This document shows positions 1-13,299 of a DNA stretch of 64,000 nt, piece by piece. Location of the stretch: NCBI GenBank assembly GCA_951406725.2, contig OX597830.1, positions 74,214,001 through 74,278,000 of the forward strand. The letters are read 5' to 3'. The notes beneath the pieces are model-generated. The model searched no databases. It was not told the DNA's origin and was given only the letters and a program-made list of their open reading frames with translations. The translations under genes and the position numbers were made by a program. This stretch comes from Octopus vulgaris (Eukaryota). The stretch's first letter is position 1. The number at the start of each line of letters is the position of its first letter.

Positions 1-150
1 TGGCCCAGTGGTTAGGGCAGCGGACTTGCGGTCGGAGGATCGCGGTTTCGATTCCCAGACCGGGCGTTGTGTGTGTTTATTGAGCGAAAACACCTAAAAG
101 CTCCACGAGGCTCCGGCAGGGGGTGGTGGTGATCCCTGCTGTACTCTTTC
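1..150 (+). mobile_element. tRNA-derived SINE, family C, 5' part
   Basis: Pol III A box TGGCCCAGTGG and B box-like GGTTTCGATTCC; near-identical to the minus-strand copy at 5862-6244. It is joined at ~158 to the 3' tail of SINE family B. Confidence 0.85.
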
Positions 151-284
151 ATCACTCTAAAAGGCGGTGCTCCAGCATGGCCGCAGTCAAATGACTGGAA
201 CAAGTACAAAAAAAAAAAAAAATACCAACCAATCAACCAATTTTACAAACACCCAGTATGACAAACATCTCAAATGTTAAATAA

Positions 285-500
285 TCTTTTCTACTATAGA
301 CACAAGGCCTGAAATTTTGGGGAGGGGGGGCTGTCGATTAGATCAACCCCAGTACGAAACTCGTACTCAATTAATCGATCCCGAAAGGATGAAATGCAAA
401 GTCGATCTCGGTGGAATTTGAACTCAGAACGTAACGGCAGACGAAATACCGCTAAGCATTTCGCCCGGTGTACTAACGATTACTGCCAGTTCAACGCTTT
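285..500 (-). mobile_element. tRNA-derived SINE, family A
   Basis: Diverged match to the family A consensus (head AAGGCGGCGAGCTGGCAGAA, B box GAGTTCAAATTCC, central GCCTTTCATCCTTTCGGGGTCGATAAA block), which recurs more than 15 times in the window. Confidence 0.85.
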
Positions 501-564
501 ACTGATGTTAAATGATGTAGCCGAGGTGTGTAAGGAGAGAGCCCTAAGCTGTTACGTAAGCTGA

Positions 565-611
<47 letters not shown>

Positions 612-822
612 GTCAACTTCTAATTTAACAAAAAGTATAAGGAGAAATTAACAGACGATGGTTGGAATTGCAGATCAAAATCACCTCCATTGTAGAGTAC
701 TATATGATATTTTAATCTTTTCGATTAGAACGCTCACATTATTGTCTTAAATAATACGAATATTTCGAGGAAAAAATACATATCACGCACACACATACAC
801 AGACACAACAAACACACACACG

Positions 823-856
<34 letters not shown>

Positions 857-1105
857 TGTATGTATGTATGTATGTATGTATGTATGTATGTATGTATGTA
901 TGTATGCATATATGTTATATGTGTGTATGTATGTATATATGTATACACGTAGATAGCCTCACGCACAAACACTTACATGATGATATGTGAATATATGTAC
1001 ATGAGCATAAATATTCATGTGTAAAAAGTGTGATGAATATAAGTGTACAAGTATGCATATACATGTGCGATTGTAACACGGACGCATACACACACATGCA
1101 CACGC

Positions 1106-1156
<51 letters not shown>

Positions 1157-1168
1157 CACACACATATA

Positions 1169-1238
<70 letters not shown>

Positions 1239-1701
1239 AGTGTATATACGTGTGTGTACATACATGTGAATGTAAGCATGGAAACATTTATCAACAACGA
1301 AATCGTATACTAGCGTTAAGTTTATTGAAAGAATATTGGAAGTCAGTCACTCCGAAACCGAAATATATAGACATATCTATAAATTTCAATGTTGCCAATC
1401 GCAGTTTATCACGAGAATATTCTATCATACTCGTATGTAAAGGAAGACAGAATATATAGCACCTCAAATACGCATAGATAGATTAGCATAACATGAAATA
1501 TAAATCTATAATGCGAACAGAAGACATTCAAGATAATTCGCCAAAATATATTGGAAAATAGTAAACATGAATTTTAGCATATGTATGCATGTATGTATGT
1601 ATGTATATATATATATATATACATATATTGAATATATATACTGTATATATACGTGTATATATAGTGTTTATATGTATGTATATATAAAAATATACATAAT
1701 G

Positions 1702-1764
<63 letters not shown>

Positions 1765-1776
1765 TTCTGTATATAG

Positions 1777-1827
<51 letters not shown>

Positions 1828-2009
1828 TATTGTATATATATTTATATAACATAAAAGCAAAAGAAAAAATATATATGCACACACACATATATATATATAT
1901 ATCACATATATATTATTGATATGTGTATATGTATGTATATTATATATATGTGTATGTATCTATGCGCACATTTGTATACACATATAGGTTCATATATTTA
2001 TGTGCATTA

Positions 2010-2067
<58 letters not shown>

Positions 2068-2769
2068 CATGAATATACGATGTCCTTCACATTTTCTATT
2101 TTTGTTTGTGAGTCTTGTGTCTATGTTCCTCCGTCCTCCTCTTGACGACCGGTGTTGGTCTGTTTACGTCAAGCTGAAGCTAGCCTCTCGAAAATGTCGA
2201 CGATAGAATAGATACCAAGGTTTTAAAAGATACACATTGGAATTGGTTCGTTCAACAAAACCGTTCAGATCTCTGTCAAAGTATGGACGTAGACCAATGA
2301 CTGAAGAAAGTAAAAGAACAATAAAATTTATACACACACAGAGACATATCTACAGATTTTGAAATTCAAGTTAAATAATTCATTTCAATTCAAGTGAAAG
2401 CCATTCATTTAAATTAACGTAACAGCCGGCATAAAAACGGAATGTATGATAATGTGTATGGTTTTTCTCCAGTGTATTTCTGCGTAAAGCAAAGAAACGG
2501 TGATTTGTAAAGAATCTTCGACCATAAGAAAAATCGAAATTCGCACAGAAAACTCAATAGTTACTACTCAAATGAATATTGAAAAGATCTCGACACAGGT
2601 TGAATATATGCCGCATCAAGGTCTACAAGCAGAAATAGTATTACAGACATTCTCCTCTCGCATGCTTGCACATGAAAATATATCTCTATACATTGCTTGA
2701 GATACATATATGTATGTATACATGTGTGTGCATATATATGTATGTATGTGTGTGTACGTATGTATGTAC

Positions 2770-2830
<61 letters not shown>

Positions 2831-2849
2831 AATATAATTGACACAATAG

Positions 2850-2997
2850 TTGTTGTGTGGTAAGAAGCTTGCTTCCCACCTACATAATTCCTTGTTCAGT
2901 CCAACAGCGTGACACCTTGGGGAAAGTGTCTTCTACCATAGCAGGGGCCGACCAATGCCTCGTGAGAGAATTTGACGGAAACAGAAAGAAGCCCGTC
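2850..2997 (+). mobile_element. SINE family B, 5' half
   Basis: TGTGTGGTAAGAAGCTTGCTT...CCTTGGGGAAAGTGTCTT...GACGGAAACAGAAAGAAGCCCGTC, followed by (TA)n. Confidence 0.8.
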
Positions 2998-3155
2998 ATA
3001 TATATAAATATATCTGTAAATGTAATAAGTGATAATTATTCGGTTGCCATAATAACACTCCGAGTTTCGGACGCTGAGGTGGAAATCCACGCCGCCATCT
3101 CTTCATTGGAAAAAATACATAATATCGAGGTCTCTTTCATTGTCTTACATTTTTA

Positions 3156-3186
<31 letters not shown>

Positions 3187-3206
3187 CTATATATATATAT
3201 ATATAA

Positions 3207-3390
3207 ATATATAAAGGGAAAGTTTACGAAAATAAACAAAAGACGAAGGCAGGTGGAGTACAAACAAACAAATGTATTAATATAGCGCTCAGGAATAGAA
3301 AAGTCTTTTACGTTTCGAGCCCACGCTCTTCGACAGAAAGATACACAGAAAAAAAAACAAGGAGAGAAAAAAATGCGTGTAGGAACTTAC
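3207..3390 (-). mobile_element. short TA-flanked repeat carrying a minimal hammerhead motif (Penelope pLTR-like)
   Basis: Homologous to 35675-35835, 63535-63680 and more loosely 21982-22190; abuts (TA)n. Confidence 0.65.
3305..3340 (-). ncRNA. minimal type I hammerhead-like motif (core variant CUGUCGA)
   Basis: Minus strand reads CUUU-CUGUCGA-A-GAGC(GUGG)GCUC-GAAAC-GUA-AAAG: stem I CUUU/AAAG, stem III is the loopless palindrome ACGU. Confidence 0.6.
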
Positions 3391-3402
3391 GATCTATCAT
3401 GG

Positions 3403-3562
3403 CGTCGTGCGTCTTTCAGTTTCTGTCTACCGAATCTACTCACAAGGTTTTGGTCAACCCGAAGGGATATTAGAAGACACATGCCGGAGGTGTTTCGAAA
3501 TAGGACTGAACTCGGAATCATGTGGTTGGGAAGCAAACTTCTTATTACACAACCACGTCTAT
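3403..3562 (-). mobile_element. SINE family B, 5' half
   Basis: Reverse complement of the family B head and core. Confidence 0.75.
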
Positions 3563-4090
3563 GCTTTACGATATCGAAGGAACAACGCGACCGCCAGAAC
3601 TGCAGGGTTCAATAGACATATCGATTTTATATCAAACCCTACTGTATCGCAAGAGAGCGATGGTTACATAGAATATAATTTCTATGATGATAGGAAAAGA
3701 ATGGGATGGTCATATTCTGAACATGTGTGGCCAAAGGCAAATGAGCACAATCTTATCAGATCTAGGGCCAAGCAAAAATAGCAACAATCGTGTTAACAAT
3801 AGTACATGGTAACGTGTTTGATGATCTCTCAATCAGGCCCCTCTTAAAAATTTTGCAGTGTGGTTCCTAGGGACTCCGGAACTTAATTCTGCGATAAACC
3901 TGACCAACAGAATATTCATTAGGGAGTATAGTAAACCATATACGTTAAATATCCCGAACAACTGATACAAACTGTAAATCCAAGATTATCCACCAATCGG
4001 TAGCTTAGTATTATCAATTACAGTGGATAAGAACAATCATACAAAGAAGAAAGAATTATATTCTTAGATAACATATATACATACATATAC

Positions 4091-4150
<60 letters not shown>

Positions 4151-4314
4151 CATACATACATATAAGAGAGATGACCACTACGCGGACACCCTAATACTAG
4201 AAGTAGATCCGTTATGGTCATACCACTATGGAAGAAGGTTCTCAAGATAATTTAGTAAACGCCAGAACGTAAGCGAGCAAGACAAATGATAAGAAACAAA
4301 AATATAGATTAATG

Positions 4315-4381
4315 ATAGACACGTTTCGTTATCAATAGTTACGCAATTTTACGTACGCAATTGTCTGTAGCTCTTCGGTAT
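4315..4381 (-). ncRNA. decayed type I hammerhead motif
   Basis: Minus strand AUA-CCGAAGA-GCUA...UAAC-GAAACGUGUC-UAU with one core substitution; lies in a TA-flanked insert (~4164-4480). Confidence 0.45.
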
Positions 4382-4907
4382 AATCGTCATTGCAAATATA
4401 ATATGCAGAACTATACACGGGACGTTCGCATGAGATCGACCATTTTAAACTTAAACTTAAATTTAAATTTAAATTTAAATCTCTATATATATATAATTAA
4501 AAGGGATTAACAAATCCAGGCAGATATCAATAAATTTAAGTGGAATTAACCTTCAAGATAATTTTTTCTGTATGACAAGTAAATATGGTCGGTTTTAGAA
4601 GAATTTGCTTTGCAATACTCACCCGATAGACTGCATCTTCTGGTATTGCTGGATAGTAGTATTTAACACAGTGCGTTGTTTATAATATATTTAACATTCA
4701 GCACTGAACAGCTGGTACTCATGTGCTGAAACTGTTCTAATGGTATGCAATACATAAAGCATGTTCGTTCCATTTTCTCTTCCTTATTTAGATACATACA
4801 TAATCACATACACTCAAACAAAGAGAGAAAGAAACAAATAAATATACAAATAAACTTACATACATACACATATATATATATACATATGTATATATATATA
4901 TATATAT

Positions 4908-5137
4908 TTTCTTTATTGCCCACAGGGGGCTAAACATAGATGAGACAAACAAGGGCAGACAAAGGAATTAAGTCGATTACTTCGACCCCAGTACGCAACT
5001 GGTACTAAATTTATCGACCCCGAAAGGATGAAGAGCAAAGTGGATCCCGGCGGAATTTGAACTCAGAACGTAACGGCAGACGATATACAGCTAAGCATTT
5101 CGCCCGGCGTGCTAACGTTTCTGCCAGCTCGCCGCCA
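4908..5137 (-). mobile_element. tRNA-derived SINE, family A (young subfamily)
   Basis: Full head-to-tail match to copies at 28758, 31697 and 47913. Confidence 0.9.
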
Positions 5138-5138
5138 C

Positions 5139-5227
<89 letters not shown>

Positions 5228-5861
5228 TATATACATATATATATATATCGTCCCTAATCTATATACCAACCTACACTAACATTACACCAACCAATGAAAC
5301 AATAAGAGAGCATTTATGTGGTGATTCAAGATACAGGAAATTGCAACAAAATGTCATTGAAGTCGTTATAAAGAACAAAACGAAATAAATATATAAACAG
5401 CTTTAAATATTGTCGAATTCTGAGGTACACTATGCGAAGAAAATGCCGGGGTTGTCATGGCTTGAATGCCGTTGATCGTAGATCTGCTCGACTGAGATCT
5501 TAAGGCTAAATGACAACACCAAAAAATAAGAACAACCTTTCACCATATGATTATCGAAACAGAAACTTCTAAGGATCGATATCGATTCCCAAAGCATTCC
5601 TACTAGGCTGAGACATTATCAAATGACTTCGGTGAGATTAGAATTAAGGACATAAGGCGATGCAACTACATACAGAAAGGTATTTGGTCCAGTGCTCTAC
5701 CGATTCTGTCCATTGTAATCCGAAACCCTTCTCTAGTTTAGGATGTAAATGGAAGGTGGTTAGTGAATCGATATCTATTACACTGTACTAAAATGTTCCC
5801 CACCTGTGTGTTACGTCTCTTTACTCTATTTCTTCAATGGTGCTATTGTTATTGCTGTTGC

Positions 5862-6244
5862 TGGTTGCTGTTGCTTTTGAGCGAACGGTCTTCGTCCCAG
5901 AGCTCGCAAGATGGGAGAAGTCCGAAACGTGGTCCTTTGCTATTCGTAAGACCCGCAGAAGAGAAAGCAGGTCAACCCCTGACACCGAGTGCATCGACGG
6001 ATGGATGAATGCGCATCCAGGCTCAGCGGTTGCGTAGGAAGTCGGGGACAAGAAACAGGAAGAAAGAGTGAGAGAAAGTTGGAGCGAAAGAGTACAACAG
6101 GGGTCGCCACAACCCACTGCCGGAGCCTCGTGGAGCTTTAGGTGTTTTCGCTCAATAAACACACACAACGCCCGGCCTGGGAATCGAAGCCGCGATCCTC
6201 CGACCGTGAGTCCGCTGCCCTAACCATTGGGCCATTGCGCCTCC
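5862..6244 (-). mobile_element. tRNA-derived SINE, family C, full length
   Basis: Head GGAGGCGCAATGGCCCAATGGTTAGGGCAGCGGACT with A/B boxes; ends in a (CAA/CAG)n tail. Confidence 0.85.
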
Positions 6245-7243
6245 ACTCGCTGTTGCTGGTATAATTGTTGTTGTTGGATTTGCTGGTGCTGATAGTGATT
6301 GTGGCGGTGTTAGTTGTAGTTTTGGTGGTACTGGTAGTAGCGAACTGATGTTTATTTGCTTGATTTCGTATCAAGTTTCATGGAGCAGACTTATGAACGA
6401 AGACAACCTATACATGACATCATATCTTCTCCTAGACATAATGTAATTCAGACTACACCTTTGAATGAGTTATTCCGTATTTAAAGTTAGAAATGCATGG
6501 TTTGAGAGAGATTTTGCTGTATTTTTAGTATGTAGAACTACCACAAAGTGCTCCTCTCTTTTTGCGGTTGTTGGTAATGGTAGAATTGAAATTAGTGCGA
6601 TATAAATAGTGCTTTTGTGAAGGCTGGCATCTATTTCATAGTCACGTACCTGTATCGTATAACTGGTGTGTTAACCTGCTAGAAATAGGAGTAAAATTTC
6701 TCCCAACAAACGGAAACTGAAAATACACATCGAGTAACAATGTACTGGATATACAAAAATAATATGCCTTGATGATATGTAAGCGGAATGAAGTTAAATC
6801 TGGTGCTGAAGAGCAACAATAAATGCGAAATTTTACCAAGACACCGCAAGGGTTAAGAAATAGACTGAATAGTAAAGAGGGATCAGAACATCTGGACTGT
6901 CAAATAGACTTATTATAGAGTTAACAAATGAATGTAGAAGCGTAGAATATGATCTTCGACGGGGCTGTTATATGATATATCTAGAATAATAGATGTATGG
7001 GTCACATTTACTAAAATGCTGAAAACCATACTGTCGGTGACGAGATGAAGAAATTCATCATTAATGAGCTAAAATTATAATGATACTAAGAAGAAATATC
7101 ATTAGCGTAAATGGACATTCATTTTGAAAAGAACGAGAGCAAAGGAGCGAACTCCGGAGATTTTGGTCAAGCAGGAATAAAATAAATGTGTTTCATATAC
7201 TTTGCTCCGGATGGGTCGGTTCGAACGTAAGAACGTATTGCAC

Positions 7244-7244
<1 letters not shown>

Positions 7245-7274
<30 letters not shown>

Positions 7275-7515
7275 TGTATGTATGTATGTATGTATGTATG
7301 TATGTATGTATGTATGTATGTATGTATGTATGTATGTATGTATGTATGTATGTATATATGTATGTATGTATGTATGTATGTAATTGAGTATGTATGTATG
7401 TATATATGTATGTATGCATGTATGCATGCATGTATGTATGTATGTGTGTATGTATGTGTATGTATGTATGTATGTATAAGTATGATGTGTGTGTATGTGT
7501 GTGTGTGTGTGTACA
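7245..7515. repeat. (TATG)n / (TG)n microsatellite
   Basis: Direct reading; source of the spurious HTYI/MYVC ORFs. Confidence 0.97.
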
Positions 7516-8147
7516 TATGAGATTCTGTGTACGATCATTTGTATATATTTATATGATGCTGCGTGCTTATGTGTTGGCATGGGTGTGTGCAGGTGTATGT
7601 GTGTACTTGTATAGGATTCGTGGATGTGCGAATATGTGGTCGTGTGGGTGTGTGTATGTATATATATGCATGCATGTATGTGTGAATGAAATGTAATATA
7701 ATAACCCATTTTCGGTTATCGAGTCTTAAGGCGGAATCATGAGATAAGTTAATTATTTAATAACAGATTACTTAATATCGGATTACAGTTACCTGCAGCG
7801 AATCTGTATGTCATGCTGTGAGCATAGTAATATCACGTGGTGATGATGATACGGAAATTGTGGTGGTGATGGTGGTGGCGGTGGTGGTGGTGGCGGCGTT
7901 GTGGTGGTGGTGGTGGTGCTTCTGCTGCTGGAGGGTTGGTGATGATGAAGATGACGACGATGAGAATGATGATGATAAAGGTGGTGATGAAAATGAGAGG
8001 ATGGTCTTGATAATGATGATGGCGAGATCGACCTGAAAAAGAAACAGAGAAGATAAGAAAGATACAGAAGAACAGGGGATGGTGTTTCGTCAAGTAAGAC
8101 GCTAAGATTAACAACAACAAGAAAATGGCACTAAAATATTGACAAAT

Positions 8148-8151
8148 ATGG

Positions 8152-8224
<73 letters not shown>

Positions 8225-8340
8225 GATGATGATGATGGTGATGATGATAGTGATGATGATGGTGATGATGATGGTGGTGATGGTGGTGATTGTGGTGATG
8301 GTGGTGATGATGGTGATGATGGTGGTGATGATGATGGTGG

Positions 8341-8384
<44 letters not shown>

Positions 8385-8587
8385 GTAATGATGATGATGA
8401 TGGTAATGATGATGATGATGATGATATGCACTTTTATCTTGATATGAGATCACCATGTCGCGCACATATGGTTGTGATGCATGTGCCTTGCGTACCCTTA
8501 TCAGACGGGTAGTTATCATGAGTATGTTAGGCTTCGTATATTCGTACCCCAGTGTCACTTTCACGGCATGCATTACTCTCTCACTCA

Positions 8588-8657
<70 letters not shown>
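8148..8657. repeat. (GAT/GGT)n and (AAT)n triplet repeats
   Basis: Direct reading; source of the poly-H/M/L/N ORFs. Confidence 0.97.
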
Positions 8658-8981
8658 TTCTTTCTAATGTTGTTTCTAGACCGGCTATTTTGAGGGGAAG
8701 GGAATATCGAATTCATCGAACCTAGTCTTCAACTGGGGTTCATTTTATGGACCCTAGATAGGTGAGAGTCAAAGTTGATCTCAGCGGCATTTGAACACAG
8801 AACGTAAAGATCCGGAAGGAATGTGGCTGAACATTTTATCCGCCGCGCTAATGATTCTGCTAGATAACAAAAATAGAAATACCAACTCAAAGAAAAGGAC
8901 AATAATAAGAAAACAAAAAGATAGAAGAGAGAGAGAGAGAGAGAGGAGCAGAGAAACAGAGAGAGATGCAGACAGACAGAC

Positions 8982-9014
<33 letters not shown>

Positions 9015-9401
9015 TAAAGAAAAAGTCAAAGTTAGTCAATTAATAATGATATCTAAATCGTTTCTGCAAAAGGGGTGGTATTTGTCGATCAGTTCTGGTT
9101 TAATTATAAGTTTGTTGCCAAAGTAACGACAAGAGAATTACTAAGTAATTATAATTAGTTTTAGCAAGAATTAAAGAAACCTGCCATTTTGAACTATCTA
9201 TTTACTTATCTCTTGGAAACCAGTCTAGCATTTCAATTACGATATAAAATTAACCTCTGTTAATCATGTTTTAACCGACATCCTTTAAATCTTAAGTAGG
9301 TCTCACAGATATTTATAGTCCCAGATATCGTAATCAACTGTAGCTTAGAATTGATCGATTTGCATTCAACCATACTTTGCTCCAGACGGGTTTACACAAT
9401 A

Positions 9402-9955
9402 CACTGGTCAAGAGGATAAAACTTTTATTATGTGGCCAAATATCTTAGAGCTGCTTTAGACTAATTTTGGGGTCCTGATTCCAAAACGGACTTAAGACTT
9501 GCTCTATTACATCACGTTTTTGTGGCATTGGTATATACCATAATTTATCTGGAGCATACCAAAAGTTAACTTTACCCCATCATGCTCAAGCCGAGGTTTA
9601 CTTTAAAACCATTTTCAGGTGTGAACTGAACCACTGTGTTCTGGTTATGGATAGATCAAAAAAGAAGGACGTGCTGTAATTAATTACCACGACATCTTCA
9701 CTTACATCTGGAGAAACTCCACTCCACAGGCTCGAAGGCACCACATTAATAACTTTGTCAAGAAGGTGTATCTTGTTTACTTTTAAGTAGCACTTGCAGA
9801 CCAGGACAAAACCTGAGTTCCCCACAATGTTTGCAAAACCTGTGTTGAATCTTGTGATGAAGAAATTCCCCAAATCTTTTGGTCACTGTGAAGGCTGATT
9901 CAGATACGTGTGTATCTTTCCAAGTCTTAGTGAAGAGAAGGCATTCTTTAGTATA
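9402..9955 (+). mobile_element. Chapaev3-like (CMC) DNA transposon, decayed 5' fragment
   Basis: Starts CACTG. Broken frames read INNFVKKVYLVYF*VALADQDKT*VPHNVCKTCVE and FPSLSEEK, resembling the Chapaev3-type transposase motifs FVKKAYxAYFGxKLGDQDKxWAPHxVCxxC and FPxLSEAK (recalled family motifs, not a search). Confidence 0.6.
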
Positions 9956-9975
9956 ATATGTAGGTATTATATATA

Positions 9976-10356
9976 TCTCTCTCTATATAAACGGCAGTTT
10001 GTCTGTGCGTGTTTCTGTGTGTCTGTTTGCTTGTACCCTCACCCTGACCACGGCTTTCAACCGATTCTGATGAAACTTGACACACACATAGCCCAATGTC
10101 ATAATTCAAAACTAACGCAGCGAAAATTTTGAAAAGTTTCCCCAGTTCTGAAAAAATCGATAAATTCGACATGGAGTCGAGAATCAGAAACACGAACCAC
10201 AAACTGTCTAGGGGACGCAACTCCACCTTTTTAACTCTCAAAAAAATTTACCATAATTTTTTTTCCATTTTTTTCTACTTTTTGGCTATAACTCTCTAAA
10301 AATGCTTTATAGTTATTTCCCTTACAAACCCGAGCAACGCCGGGCGATACTGCTAG
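9976..10356 (+). mobile_element. non-autonomous Helitron
   Basis: 5' TC after A; subterminal hairpin CCCGAGCAACGCCGGG at 10329-10344; 3' CTAG followed by T; no TSD. Confidence 0.75.
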
Positions 10357-10379
10357 TATATATATATATCTGTCTACAC

Positions 10380-10416
<37 letters not shown>

Positions 10417-10453
10417 CGCACACACACACGCACACGCACACACACATATATAT

Positions 10454-10765
10454 ATAATAAGGGTTTTTTGCAACAAGTTACTTAACCACATACCGAAAAT
10501 TTTAGAAATAGCAGCCAAAAGTCTACTATTTCCTTTTTCTACAAAAATAAGTCTCCACAGACAACAATATTTGTAACTCACATATGGCAAAAAAAGAAGA
10601 AAAATAATGAAATCATACAGTGGTTAAGCAACTTGTTGCAAAAACCCCTTATTATTATAATTATATAAATTTTTACCGAATATGGTCCTTTTCCATACCG
10701 AAATGCTACTTGCTGAAATCTGTTGATTTTATTAAATTAATCATATTTCACCCTATATCTCTAAT

Positions 10766-10770
<5 letters not shown>
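10454..10770. mobile_element. TA-flanked element with ~35-bp inverted repeats and a 3' extension
   Basis: TAATAAGGGTTTTTTGCAACAAGTTACTTAACCAC pairs with GTGGTTAAGCAACTTGTTGCAAAAACCCCTTATTA; shares motifs with 61933-62128. Confidence 0.6.
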
Positions 10771-10834
<64 letters not shown>

Positions 10835-10847
10835 TAGATAGATAGAT

Positions 10848-10898
<51 letters not shown>

Positions 10899-13299
10899 TT
10901 CATTAATGAGAACCTACGAGAATTAATTGTTATTTTGATTTATATGTTCCTGCGCATAAATCATCGAATGTAAACCGTTAAGGGACAGAAACTCAGAGAT
11001 GTCATGTCATAAACAGATCCCGAGTGACCCTGTGTCACAGAATAGTAATGTAATTAAAACGGGAGGTAAAATATTCCCATTCTCATTTCTGTAGGGATTA
11101 TACTAAACTAGACTATTTAGGAGGCTATACCAAACGTTTAGGTGTTCATACTAAACTTGTAAACTTTAAACATGTATAGATCTGATGTATAATCGATAAA
11201 TATTTGTGATTTAAACAGAGACTGTAAGTAAAGCTTACTAAATAGAATAGGACTGTGTTTTGTTAAAGGTAAAATGTTCGCAGATTTGTCATAGACGAGA
11301 AAGCAGTGACCATAATTTTTCAATTTCGGGGATTAGTGGTGGAGCAGTAAAGAAGAAATTGTAAGGGTTGTTGTTGGTGTTTGTGTTTGCTTCCAGTTTA
11401 ACCATATTTGAATGGGCCATGCTTATGGTCGAAGGTGGTGGAGCTACGACGATTTCTTCATACAGAGTACCTATATACGATGATGAGAGAATGGAAAATG
11501 CGGAGTTCGTTACTATCTGAGTCCCCTTCGTATATGTATGTAGGTATGTATGTATGTATGTATGTATGTATGTATGTATGTATGTATGTATGTATGTATG
11601 TATGTATGTATGTATGTATGTATGTATGTATGTGTGTTTGTGTGTGTGTATGTTTGTATGTAGGTATTATGAACGTATGTGCAGATTTGTATGTTTTTTA
11701 TGTATGTATTCTTGTGCATATAGTTGCATATATAGACATGCTCGTATATATTTAACTGATAAACTTCTGGAAAGTTTTACAGGTTTCACAGTTCCAGTTA
11801 TGGATTGGATCTGTAGTCTTCCTTTCTGGTTTTGAGCAGCTTAATTTCACAAGATTGGTATAACGTACGTACATATGTATGTATGCATGTATGTATGTAT
11901 GTATGTATGTATGTATGTATGGATAAATGACTGCATATATGTGTTCTTCTCTTTCACTTTTTAATTAAGTGTAAATTTTGGCTGACCACCTACTTTGCAG
12001 CAGATTTGTGTAGGGAGTAATCTTGTGTTGTTCATCATCTCTTAAATCGTAGGAAGGTCTCGCAGATTTTTGTACTCACAGATATTCTCCGTCTTTTTCT
12101 TCCTTTATTGAGACACTGGGATATGATTTGGTGAATATATAACTAGTATTTCTTGTAGGTCGATCAAACACGTAGAGTCTCTCTCGTTGGCATATATTTC
12201 TGAGCTAAAGCAATATCCTCATGACCCATTACAAGGCCTATAAAACTGGTGGTAGAGTGGAAGATATCTTGGAATCAAAAACCAGACAGGATGCTCGAAA
12301 CGAATAATTATCGGAGTGTGCCCGCTGTGGTATGAAACCGGACGAAGTGCTATACATTTCTCCCAAGTACGCCTTAACTGGATTTGAACTCATAAAACAT
12401 AGAGACGAAGCAGTGCAAGGTATCCGATCCGACATTCTTACAGCTCTACCTAACCAACACTCTCGTCTGTCGTTTTTTTGTGTGTGTGTTTTATCAAAAC
12501 CAAAAGGAAGAATGATAATGTTGACTTTGGCACTATATGGACACAGGGCGAAGGGAATCAGAACAAATACCACGAAGCATTCTGAGAGATGTCCTAACAA
12601 CTGTGTCGATTCGTTGCAATCAGAAAGAAGCCTGGGGAACTAGTTTCTGGTCCGGATATGTAAAAGAGAGTAAAGAGTGAAGTCTGCTCCCAATTCATTG
12701 GTTTCTATTTATTTTCTTTCTTTTTTAGTGAGAGAGAAAGAGAGAGAGAGAGAGAGAAAGAGAGGGAGATATGGAAGGAGAGAGAAAAAGTGAAAGAGAG
12801 AGAAAGAGAGTCAAATGTGCTTGTAATTTTATGAATTCCATGGCTTCTTTTTTGCTCGTTAAAATAACTGTTATTTCGGAGACTATTAGTAATTTTTATT
12901 GCTGTAGTTACTGTGACTTTATACTTGCCCTCGTTGTTGTTATTGCTGTTGCTATTGCTGTCGTTTATCTCTCCTTATTGTTTGCTGCTTCTTATTCAAG
13001 ATATTTATTTTGTATTTGTGGTTGTTGTTATCGTTTTAATTTTTGCTTTTATTGGTCATCATCCTCGCCGATGCTGTCTTCTTCTTCTTTTTCTTCTTCT
13101 TCTTCTTCTTCCAATCAGGACTCACGCCATTAGCCACAAAGAATAATCTCTAATTCGAGCCTACTCTAAGCTACTAAGAATGCGTGCGGCAACTTGAAGA
13201 GCCACCACACGCGATAGACTGGCGGTTGCATGGGTGCGAAAGCTACGTTCTTATCCTCATTCCGTAAACAGTGGCTTTTAACGGTAGTACACCCGAAAA

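Noticed and set aside
1-62. tRNA genes at SINE heads (also 6180-6244, 58470-58530, 62264-62335)
   Set aside because: A/B boxes present, but they run into repeat bodies without a convincing acceptor stem or terminator; these are SINE heads.
3045-3110. Minus-strand AUGAAGA...GAAACUCGGA motif in a TA-flanked insert
   Set aside because: Core mutated, no valid NUH and no stem I; too degenerate to call.
5915-5940. GUCCGAAACGUGGUCC on the antisense strand of SINE C
   Set aside because: Resembles an HHR 3' half, but there is no core strand or stem I.
6801-6845. CUGAAGA-GCA(loop)UGC-GAAA hammerhead-like core
   Set aside because: No register gives both a NUH triplet and stem I pairing; a 3-bp stem II match is expected by chance in this much sequence.
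7833-8657. 274-aa ORF and the other poly-H/I/M/Y/YI/HT ORFs across the window
   Set aside because: Pure translations of triplet and dinucleotide microsatellites; no domain content or splice context.
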